From: Stegostoma tigrinum
Lineage: Eukaryota
Assembly (NCBI RefSeq): GCF_030684315.1
Contig: NC_081355.1
Location: forward strand, 15,614,761-15,678,760
Reading direction: 5' to 3'
Length of the DNA stretch: 64,000 nucleotides
Of this stretch, positions 24,727-35,100 are shown piece by piece. The translations under genes and the position numbers were made by a program. Each line of letters starts with the position of its first letter. Within the stretch, counting starts at the first letter, position 1. Under the pieces are notes generated by a model, which was given only the letters and a program-made list of their open reading frames with translations, was not told the origin of the DNA and searched no databases.

Positions 24727-25668
24727 AAAAATATTTTCTGCTGAAATGTCTAGGCCTGAAACGTCAGCTTTCCTGCTCCTCTGATGCTGTTTGACCTGCT
24801 GTATTCATCCAGCTCTACACCTTGTTATCTCGGATTCTCCAGCATCTGCAGTTCCTGTTATCTCTGATACAATTTTAACCCCACTGCGAAGCCTCTGCTA
24901 AGGATGCCCAACCTGAAGAAGTTACCCTGCTCCCTCCGGACAAACCTCGGGGGATCTCTCTTCCCACTGCAACTCTCTCAGAATCTCTTCATCCTTGAAA
25001 CTGCTTGACCATGACCTGAACCAAACCAGATACTACAGCCACATCACTTTTCTTAGTACCTGCCTACAGAAGCAGGTGATCCCTAATGGACTACAGTCCA
25101 CATTCGAGCCTTTCCAATTTGGCCCCAACCGTAACAATATCTACATTCAGAACATTGAGACCTTTCAGAAGGGCTTCTCCCTGTGACTCCTGAAACACAC
25201 ACTCGCAACAATCCGCTGGCATCTCCGGACACTACAGTCAAGCCTACCCCAGCTCATCCTCCCTCTCCCAGATCTGCAAAGGATCTCTCCTGTTTTTTAT
25301 TCTTTGTGGGATCCACAACCTGAACACTCAATTCTACTCAGCTTTATTGGGCACCAGAAGCTGTGAGTACAGTAAACTTACTGGTGCCTGCCACCCAAAA
25401 CGGGATTCCTCCACCTCCCAAATCCCCAGCCATACCCAGGGCCTTCCCCACAATATACCCGTCACCATTGGCCATGAGGCCACTGTTGGAGAACCCACAG
25501 ATGACGCCACATCCGCCACTTCTGGGACAGTGAACGCTATCGCTGCTGAAGCCACCATCTAAAAAAAGATTTTCTGAGGAAGGGTCTAGGCCCGAAATAT
25601 CAGCTTTCTTGCTCCTAAGATGCAGCTTGGCCTGCTGTGTTCATCCAGCTCTACATCTTGTTATCTCA
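24727..25668 (+). mobile_element. Internally deleted Penelope-like element with direct terminal repeats
   Basis: Direct repeats of about 100 bp (24727-24830 and 25561-25668), each with a hammerhead motif, flank a frameshifted PLE N-terminal ORF (ATG 24904 MPNLKKLPCSLRTNL; TRYYSHITFLSTCLQKQVIPNGL). No RT or endonuclease. Confidence 0.8.
25574..25601 (+). ncRNA. Minimal hammerhead ribozyme motif, sense to the EXOC2 pre-mRNA
   Basis: CTGAGGA-A-GGGTCTAGGCCC-GAAA-T-ATC: core boxes intact, stem III palindrome ATAT, AUC triplet. Confidence 0.65.
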
Positions 25669-28205
25669 ATATATTGTTCCAGACTTGTTCCTTCGGCCTA
25701 TATTTGTAACACCTCACTCTGTACACACACACCACTGTTCACCCACACAAAAATTAAGTGCATGTGAAGAAAGAAAAAAAATAGAACAAAGAACTGTGGC
25801 TTCTGGAGATCTGAAACAAAGAAACAGAAATTGATGGAGAAACTCAGTAGCTTTGCAGCATCTGTAAAGAAACAACAGTTAACATTTTGAGTCCAGTGTT
25901 CTGAAGCAGGGTCATTGGTCATGAAACATCAACAATATAGTCCAAATGTCTCAGTATTTCTTTAATGCTATGCTTGGAGTTTGTTCAATAAGTTGCTTCT
26001 AGTTGGTGAAGGAATTATAGTTTCTCAATAACCCATGAGGCATTTTTTTGTATATTTGAATTTCCAGGAGTTTGGCTCTCAGCTGAACTTGAATTTGGAA
26101 AAGCCCTTTTCCCATTTTGAGGATGATGCTGTTTATTGTCATGGTTGCTTAGTTGATACAGCTGGTGTAATGGGTTTTCTTTTTGGAACCTCTGTGAACA
26201 GCCTTTTCTGTTATTTTTAAAATAGACAGAAAGGTGGCTTCCTCATCATGTGACTTAAACAAGTTCAAAACCCGTTTGCAAAACAAAGCCTGTCAGTTGA
26301 TTACACATCCTGTTTGTCATTGACACTTGGAAATTTATCCTATCTAGTTTGGATGAGGGGCCAGTATAGTATAATGAAAGGTTGTTGAGATGTATTTCAC
26401 AATTGTCTAACACACATTGAGTCTGAGGTGAAGTAGAAAGATGATTTGGCTGAAATGCTACACTATGTTGACAGTCCAACAGACAAAGGAATGTGTGAAT
26501 TTCTGGATGGCTGTGAATGCCCATATTTATTTAGTTATTTGCTGGAACCTCAGAATGGTCTGGAGCTCGGAACCCAAAGATCACCTGAATTACGGTGGCC
26601 ATATTTAATTATTTGTGTTCAAAATATAATCTGAGTGTCTGACATAACCAAAGAAGATTTGATGAATTCCTGATGGCTGATGACCAAAGGTGGTGTGTCG
26701 AGTTTGCAGTTCGCTGTATTGAGGATAGTGAATGTAATGGTACAGAGTACAGTTTCGAAAACTCTCCTTTTGATCAAAATATGTAGCTAAAACCTCTGCA
26801 GCTCTTCCTACAATGCACTAGTAAACTTGCATTATGTTTGTACATACAAACCCGGTGGCTTGTTTTGAGAGTGTCGGTGGTGGGCGTGAGAAATAGACAT
26901 TCCCAATGAGGTTTCTTTGTCTTAATTGTTTAATGTTCATAAGTTTGTCTATATATCTTTACTAAAAGATGTCTTGTTACTTAATTATGACAAAATTGGG
27001 TTGACTGTTCCTCCAGTTTTCTTTTGTGTTTTAGAAAAAGTAAAGCAATTATTCTGTTTTCAATTAATTTTTAACAAATAAATTACTTGTTGTTTCCCAT
27101 GATCAGTCTTAGGATAAATTTACTGAGTTGAGTGAGACTCTGCAGAAAGATTTTTTGCAGAGCCGCTTAGTGGCTTGGATTGGCAATTACATGACATTTA
27201 CCAGTAATTTAGGATGATACTGTAAATATTATAACCATGTGAAATTGTTGTGCAAGCCCTGGGAATATTTTTGAGATGCTATACACAACCATTATGTGTA
27301 GTATATTTTGTACAGAATCTCCTGTTGAGTTCTAATATAATACTAGATGTGTTTTAGCTGAAAAGATCATGTTCCAAGCATTGAACAGTACAGTCTCTGT
27401 GCAAATTATTATATAAAAACTAAATATAATTAAACCACTTTCATCTCTTCACCTCCCTCCTTTTATTGAATTGCATTCATAAAGGCTCAAGGTGTTAGAA
27501 AAGTAAGTGATTTCACACCCTTATTACTTAATAGCACGCAAAACCGCTTCAAAAATTTATAGTGCGTAAGAGATGTGCCAAGAATTGCATATTGCCGCAA
27601 ATAATGAGGCAATTTAAACAATTCCACCCTAACCTCTCAGGCATTCACTGTCTGTCTCCCCATGAGCTTCAGGAAAGTAATGAATTGGAGCCATAAATGT
27701 GAATAAATCTTCGTAAAATGATGATGAGTTGAATAGTCGGGGGCCCACTCACAAATGTGTGTTAAGCGGAACTTGGAGATAGCTGAGGAGGCCCCTATGG
27801 AACCCTATTACCTACAAACACATTCCATATTAAAATATATCAATCAAAACATAATGATTAAATGTGAAAATGTTTTCATTTTTCAATTTATTCATACCTT
27901 ACAACAGCCCGGCTTTAAAAGACACTGTGGAAATACTTGGTAATCTTTTTGCTGCCTTATGTGCTCACTTCACATGAGTATGTTACATTCCAGACTGTAT
28001 CACACTGTCCACTGTTGTTAATTTCTGGAGTATTTCTAAGGGCTTTATAGCTTCAGCTAGGGATGCAGGCAGGTGAGTGATCGTGCATTCATCAGATCTT
28101 TGGCATCATTTAAATTGAAGATGAACAGCATCTACATTTTGTCAGATAATAAAATGTGAGGCTGGATGAACACAGGCCAAGCAGCATCTCAGGAGCACAA
28201 AAGCT

Positions 28206-28233
28206 GACGTTTCGGGCCTAGACCCTTCATCAG
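28206..28233 (-). ncRNA. Minimal hammerhead ribozyme motif in the PLE terminal repeat, core intact
   Basis: Reverse complement CTGATGA-A-GGGTCTAGGCCC-GAAA-C-GTC, identical to 24184-24211. Confidence 0.78.
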
Positions 28234-28460
28234 AGAGGGGGATGGGGTGAGGGTTCTGGAATTAATAGGGAGAGAGGGGGAGGCGGACCGAAGATGGAGA
28301 GAAAAGAAGATAGGTGGAGAGAGTATAGGTGGGGAGGTAGGGAGGGGATAGGTCGGTCCAGGGAAGACGGACAGGTCAAGGAGGTGGGATGAGGTTAGTA
28401 GGTAGGAGATGGGGGTGTGGCTTGGGGTGGGAGGAATGGATGGGTGGGAGGAAGAACAGG

Positions 28461-29507
28461 TTAGGGAGGCAGAGACAGGTTGAACTGGTTTTGGGATGCA
28501 ATGGGTGGAGGGGAAGAGCTGGGCTGGTTGTGTGGTGCAGTGGGGGGAGGGGATGAACTGGGCTGGTTTAGGGATGCAGTAGGGGAAGGGGAGATTTTGA
28601 AACTGGTGAAGTCCACATTGATACCATATGGCTGCAGGGTTCCCAGGCGGAATATGAGTTGCTGTTCCTGCAACCTTCGGGTGGCATCATTGTGGCAGTG
28701 CAGGAGGCCCATGATGGACATGTCATCAAGAGAATGGGAGGGGGAGTGGAAATGGTTTGCGACTGGGAGGTGCAGTAGTTTGTTGCGAACTGAGCGGAGG
28801 TGTTCTGCAAAGCGGTCCCCAAGCCTCCGCTTGGTTTCCCCAATGTAGAGGAAGCCGCACCGGGTACAGTGGATGCAGTATACCACATTGGCAGATGTGC
28901 AGGTGAACCTCTGCTTGATGTGGAATGTCATCTTGGGGCCTGGGATGGGGGTGAGGGAGGAGGTGTGGGGACAAGTGTAGCATTTCCTGCGGTTGCAGGG
29001 GAAGGTGCCGGGTGTGGTGGGGTTGGAGGGCAGTGTGGAGCGAACAAGGGAGTCACGGAGAGAGTGGTCTCTCCGGAAAGCAGACAGGGGAGGGGATGGA
29101 AAAATGTCTTGGGTGGTGGGGTCGGATTGTAAATGGCGGAAGTGTCGGAGGATAATGCGTTGTATCCGGAGGTTGGTAGGGTGGTGTGTGAGAACGAGGG
29201 GGATCCTCTTGGGGCGGTTGTGGCGGGGGCGGGGTGTGAGGGATGTGTCGCGGGAAATGCGGGAGACGCGGTCAAGGGCATTCTCGATCACCGTGGGGGG
29301 AAAGTTGCGGTCCTTAAAGAACTTGGACATCTGGGATGTGCGGGAGTGGAATGTCTTATCGTGGGAGCAGATGCGGTGGAGGCGGAGGAATTGGGAATAG
29401 GGGATGGAATTTTTGCAGGAGGGTGGGTGGGAGGAGGTGTATTCTAGGTAGCTGTGGGAGTCGGTGGGCTTGAAATGGACATCAGTTACAAGCTGGTTGC
29501 CTGAGAT
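28461..29507 (-). CDS. Partial PLE polyprotein: RT thumb region plus GIY-YIG endonuclease (TE-encoded, no native start)
   Basis: ISGNQLVTDVHFKPTDSHSYLEYTSSHPPSCKNSIPYSQFLRLHRICS... then CNRRKCYTC, NVVYCIHCTRCGFLYIGETKRRLGDRFAEH, VANHF, RRLQEQQLIFRLGTLQPYGIN. The frame is open for 59 codons upstream of the track's Met at 29330. Confidence 0.9.
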   Translation of the reverse strand: MSGNQLVTDVHFKPTDSHSYLEYTSSHPPSCKNSIPYSQFLRLHRICSHDKTFHSRTSQMSKFFKDRNFPPTVIENALDRVSRISRDTSLTPRPRHNRPKRIPLVLTHHPTNLRIQRIILRHFRHLQSDPTTQDIFPSPPLSAFRRDHSLRDSLVRSTLPSNPTTPGTFPCNRRKCYTCPHTSSLTPIPGPKMTFHIKQRFTCTSANVVYCIHCTRCGFLYIGETKRRLGDRFAEHLRSVRNKLLHLPVANHFHSPSHSLDDMSIMGLLHCHNDATRRLQEQQLIFRLGTLQPYGINVDFTSFKISPSPTASLNQPSSSPPPTAPHNQPSSSPPPIASQNQFNLSLPP

Positions 29508-30119
29508 AGGGTTGTTCTCTTACCCGCTGATTGGCTTGATTTAACCTGAAGATTGGCTGCCATCTGTACGTGGTTTTTAAGTTTCCTGACATGTCTATTA
29601 TCTATCTGTTATTTAGCCATAATGTTGGGAGGCAGGAATGCCAGCTTGATTCTCTTCAGGCCAGCATTGTTGGGGTGTACAAGGTAATTTATTTGTCATG
29701 GTCTGTCTTCTGCTGATATGTTTTATCCACTATCCTGAGCCTTACCTCAAAAATGCTGACAGTCGTCCAAGTGATTTTGTTGATTGTATACAGAGTGGCT
29801 AATGTCTTGACTTTTAAAAGATATGTGTCTCCTTGGAGTTTCCTATCGCAAGAAGCGGCAGCTGTTCAATGCTATCCATCTTGGCACAGACAATACCCAG
29901 CTTTGCTTTCCACCAATACACTTTAAGCATTAAAAAGTAACCTGGTAAAGTAGAGAGTCCAATTTCAGGTGTTTAAAAATGTCACTTTCTCTATACTAGT
30001 TCAGGATATGGTTGAGATTATTTTGGAGCCAAGTGTGTGCTATTGCTATTCTGAATGCCAACCCATCAGTGTTTACTGCTCAGAAGACAATGCCATGCTT
30101 TGGTGTGAATGACTTTTAA

Positions 30120-30380
30120 TTTGGAGACCCAGATAACATTCTGGGAACCCGGATTCAAATCCCACCACAGCAGGTGGTGGGATTTGAATTCAATAAATGT
30201 CTGGAATTAAGAGTCTAGTGATTGATAGTGAACCAGATGGTTTTTCTAACTTTCTTTAGGTAAGGAAACTGCCATCCTTACCTGGGTCTGGCCTACATGT
30301 GACTCCAGACCCACAGCAATGTGCTTGACTATTAACTGCCCTCTAAGGATTAGGGATGGGCAAAAAATCTTGCCCTCCAC
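30120..30380 (+). mobile_element. tRNA-derived SINE, same family as 3148-3482
   Basis: B-box ggattcaaatccc; body aggaaactgccatccttacctgggtctggcctacatgtgactccagacccacagcaatgtg. Confidence 0.75.
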
Positions 30381-30597
30381 CACAAAGGGGGAATTTCAGG
30401 ACTAATGCTCAAAGAATTGGGTTTTCAGGAGCCTTTCAAGGGAGAAAGGAGTAGATGTGAGGGAAAAATGAAGACCAGGCAACTGAAGGCATGACTGCCA
30501 ATGGTGAAACAGTGAATATTGGGGTTGCTCAAAAGTCTAGAATTGGGGGCATGTGGATTTCTCGACTGGTTCTTGAGCAAAAGAGATGCAGAGGATT

Positions 30598-31900
30598 GAG
30601 GTCATAGAGTCGTACAGCACGGAAACAGACTCTTCGGTCCAACCAATCCATGTCAAACATAATCCCAAACTAATCCAGTCCTACCTGCCTGCTTCTGGCC
30701 CGTGTCCCTCCAAACTTTTCCTGTTCCTGTACCTATCCAAATAGCTTTCAAATATTGTATTGGTACCTACATCCACCAGTTCCTCCAGAAGTTCATTCCA
30801 CATGCGTATCACCCTCTGTGTAAAAACAAAAAAAATTGCCTCTTCTGTCTTTTTTAAATCTCTCCTCTCCTCTTAAAAATGTGTCCCCTGTCTTGAATTC
30901 CCCTATCCTAGAGAAAAGACAACTACCTCTAACTCTGTCTATACCTCTACCAGCTCACCTGTCAACCTCCTACATTCCAGCGGAAAAAAAAAGTCCCAGG
31001 CTATCCAGCTTTTATTTCTAAATCGAACCTTCCATTCCCAGCAACATTCTGCCAAGTCTCTTCTGAACCCTGTCCAGCTTAATGATGTCTTTTGTATTAT
31101 TGGGTGACCAGAACTGGACACAGTATTCTGGAAGAGGCCTCGGCGATGTCTGTACAACCTCCAACATGACCTCCCTAGTCCTTGACTCAAAGGACTGAGC
31201 AATAAAGGCAAGCGTGCCAGATGCCTTTTTTAACCACATGTCTATATGTGACACAAACTTCAAAGAATTATGTACCTTCAACCCCTAGGTCCCTCTGTTC
31301 TTCAACACTATCCAAGGCGCTACCATTAATTGCTGTTGTGAAACCAAAATGCAATACCTTGTATTAATCCAGATTGAACTCCATTTGCTATTTTTCAATC
31401 CATTGAGTCATTTGATCAAGATCATTTTGTAATCTTAGCCTTTTTCGCTTTCTCTTATGCCACCAAGTTTGGTGACATCTGTGAACTTACTAACCGTGCC
31501 TTCTATATTCTCACGTAAGTCATTTATATAAATGACAAACAAATGAGGACCCAGAACTGATCCCTGCAGAATCCTGCTGGTGACCGGCCTACAGTCTGAA
31601 AAGCAACCCTCCACTCCCACTCTGTCTCCTGTCATTAAGCCAATTATGTATCTCATTGGCATGCTCACCCTGAATCCCATGTTACCTAACTCTCTTAATT
31701 AGTCCACCATGTGGAATTTTGTCCAAGGCTTTACTGAAATCTAAATAAACAATGTCTACTGCTGTGCCATCATCAATCTTTTTGGTAACTTCCTTGAAAA
31801 ACTCAGTCAACTGTATGAGAAATCATTTTCCTCGCACAAAATCAAGCTGGCTATCCCTAATCAATTTCTGCCTCTCAGTGCCCATAAATCATATCTTCAA
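30598..31900 (-). mobile_element. CR1 LINE, 5'-truncated
   Basis: Minus ORFs VTSRILQGSVLGPHLFVIYINDL..VSKFTDVTKLGG and EYCVQFWSP..DIIKLDRVQKR. Confidence 0.92.
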
Positions 31901-31989
31901 AGGTTTTGAAAGCAACAGGAAGAGCAAATAGTAGGAACTGCTCTCCCTATTTATTTCAGAATCCCCCTTGCCTCCGCCATTCTGAGCCC

Positions 31990-32160
31990 AAGAGTATCAA
32001 GTGGACTTCGCAAGCTTCAAAATCTCCCTTCCCCCGACTCCATCCCAAAACCAGCCCAGCTCATCCCTGCCTTCCTAACCATTCCTCCCACCTTAAGCCC
32101 CACCTCCTTCTCCTACCCACTAACCTCATCACCCCTCCTTGACCTGTCTGCCCTCAACTC
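31990..32160 (+). mobile_element. Penelope-like 3' fragment
   Basis: gtggacttcgcaagcttcaaaatctcccttccccc...ccagcccagctc matches the reverse complement of about 28370-28620. Confidence 0.75.
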
Positions 32161-35100
32161 CCGAAGGATGGGAGGTGTTCGTTGCTGTCTTTAATTCTTT
32201 GTCCCAGTGTAAGATCGCTGCATGCCACTGTCACTGCTTTTGTTTCAAAGACAATCAGAGTTAACTTAAAGGGAGTGCCAAATTGCTTTATGTCGGGTAT
32301 AAAAATAATTAGAATGGGAGAGATCTGTTTAGTCAATGTTGTCTTTTTTATAATCTTAAACTTTTAACTTCGTCCAGTTAAACTTCTACTCTACATTTTC
32401 ATGACAGTAGAGCTTTAAACTTTTGTGGATGCCCTTGTAGTTGAAAGGGCTACAAAGCATTGTTAAGAATTTCCTTCCGAAAATTCACCATTGTAGTGAT
32501 ATAATGGCCTCACTTTGAACCATGGCTTATTCTGAACCACGTTTATATCTGATGCTTTGAAGTTGACTGAAGTTGGCTGTTGTTCTAGATAACTGAGAGC
32601 GCCTTGTGAAGTCTTGCAATAATTTGTATCAGCAACAATTATTAACTATTTGAAGGATTAAAATACTATTTTTAGATTCATGTTTTGAACAATACCAACA
32701 ATGAGGTGTGCCATTTTTTTGATTACAGATGTTCTTGTGTAATATTTTTATATTGGTGCAAAAATAATTTTGTATTTTAGAAACTTTTTGACAGTTTATA
32801 GCAATTGAAATTTTGCAAAGTAAAAAAATGTCAAATTTGTTTAGTCTTTGAAAAATTCATAAACTACATTGCTCTACATCATTCAGACATTGGTTTTCTT
32901 CTGCTCCCCTCTGTTTACGTGTCATGCTGCTGTAGTTTTCTTTTGAAAAAGAAAATCAAAACCAGAACCTTTATAAAATATCACACAAAGGGAATGTGGC
33001 AGGTGGTTGTGGTGATGAGTTAAATTTAAAACAGTGCGTAGTGGCTTTGAATAGTCTGGGTCTGCGAACATAATCATTCAAAATTTTCATACTTGTTTTG
33101 TACAACGACCTGGTGATGTCGTAACTCTATTAACATGATTTCTCCCCACCCTCCTTCTACCTACTGTCATATTAAAATTGTATTTATCCCATACATTGTT
33201 CTATTTCTGCCTCCCTATTTTTCCTCAATAGCATGAATCTGGAAGCACAGTTGGATTGGTAAGTGACCCACCATAGCGATCCACTGTAATTGCTCTGAAA
33301 AATACTACCAGGAGATTTGGAAGACTTGACCCTGTATTTTGTTTTATTTTCACACACATTTAGGGGAATGTTAGCTCTTCCTTTAGTATTCCCTTCTGTA
33401 CAGATTAATGGGGACAGGGACACCAGTATTGATTTATTTTACCCTTCTATCTATGTATGCCTAGTTATGTTTCTTGGAAAAAGGAATCCCTCTGCTTCCT
33501 TTGATTTTTATTTCCCCCATTTTTTTTGGGCTCTGTCTCTCTCTCACCACCCCTTGAGGGTACCCAACAGCATTTTTCCCTTGTGTTTAAAATCCAGTTT
33601 AAATATTTAGTCAGCTTCCTTGTGCCCTATTTTCCCCCATGCACCTTCCCAGAACATAGTGGCGTTGATGTTCTCATTTGGGTGGTGTTTCAATTAAAGG
33701 CAAAATGGGAGCTTGGTTGTAATCTCTGTCAGAATTAAATTACACATCAGTGGTGTCAATGTTGTATGTTTAAGGAAATATGTATTAACCTATTAGCTTC
33801 CAGTTTTCATTGGAGACGAGCCATTTTCACGCTGAGCTTGTGTTCCTGCTTGAAGTCTTCCTGTCACTGTTCCGTATCCACGACCCAGCCTAGGGCGTCT
33901 TTTGACGGATAGCTAGCCATTTCCTGTACTGTACACTAACACTAATTGAAAATTTGGGTGGCCTTGCTTATTTATTTTGAAGGAATGCAATGGGTTATAT
34001 TTTCATGGCAGTTTCTCAGCAGTGCTGCGTTTCAGTTTCTCGATCACTGAAAGCTAAAAATGAGATTGTGAGGCTTAATTTGATTTAGGTATTTTGTATC
34101 ATTTTAAAACCTTTTTGAAATTTCTGTAGCAGCATAAACAATTTCTGTTTTCTTTGAGACTTGTAACGTTATTTGAATTATACTATATTTCAGTGTCAAC
34201 AGAGCTGTTGTGGAGCTTCAGTGCATTTGATGTGAATATTTGAAATGTTTCATTTGAAAGAACTTATCTTTGGTAAACTATGTAACTATGTTTATACTCA
34301 AAAGCACTTTAAGTAATCAAATAGATTTAAATGGAAAACAAAATAAAGTCAAAATAATACCTAATAGAATGCTCTGCTAACTCCTGAGAGCAAATACTTT
34401 CCCAACAAAATTCCTCTTGTTGGGAATTCGCCTTTGTCTTTTTCAGGCAAAGTGGAAGTTCATTTACAGTAGTAACATGTACCTTAAATTTCTTGGCTTC
34501 AAACACATTTCAGTATGTTTTATGAATTACTATATCTTTACTATGGACTTGTCAGTACAGTACGAGCAAATTCCATTTGTCAACTAATTGGGAACACATT
34601 GCCTTCTAATGAGTGAACAAACTGACTTGTTAATGGTATTCAATTCTTCACTGTTCTCATCCTTAGCTAATTGTTGTGCATAATCTGTTTTGACTTTTTA
34701 AAAAATATTAACTTGTAGAATAGAAAGAGACAGTTGTTTTCACATCCATGTTTTCTGCAAGAAAATGTCTCCTCTCAAAACATTGAATGTCTAAAGGCCT
34801 TCTTGGCAGCACTTTATAAAGACCTCTACCGTCTCAAAGGACCAGGTCAGCCGGCACATGGATAAATAAATCATCACCTACAATTCCCCTCTAAGTCTTC
34901 AAACCTGGTCTTGTGTTGCTATTCCTTCATCATGATTGGATTATTTACTGAAGCTTCATATTTAATATCAGAGGATTAAAGACCCGCTATAACCTTCTCA
35001 AAGGCAATCTGCATTAATGTCAACCTTGCCAGCAATGACCACATGCTGTGATGAGTAAGTAGGCCTTACTGCCTTGCTGATATATGGTTTCATAGCCATT

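Larger units (their letters stand above)
28144..29507 (-). mobile_element. Young 5'-truncated Penelope-like retroelement (RT C-terminus, GIY-YIG endonuclease, terminal repeat)
   Basis: Uninterrupted frame 29507 to 28461. High GC/CpG content implies recent insertion. 3' pLTR carries a hammerhead. Confidence 0.95.

Noticed and set aside
28480-29447. Multiple overlapping 85-135 aa ORFs on both strands
   Set aside because: Shadow frames of the GC-rich PLE coding sequence.
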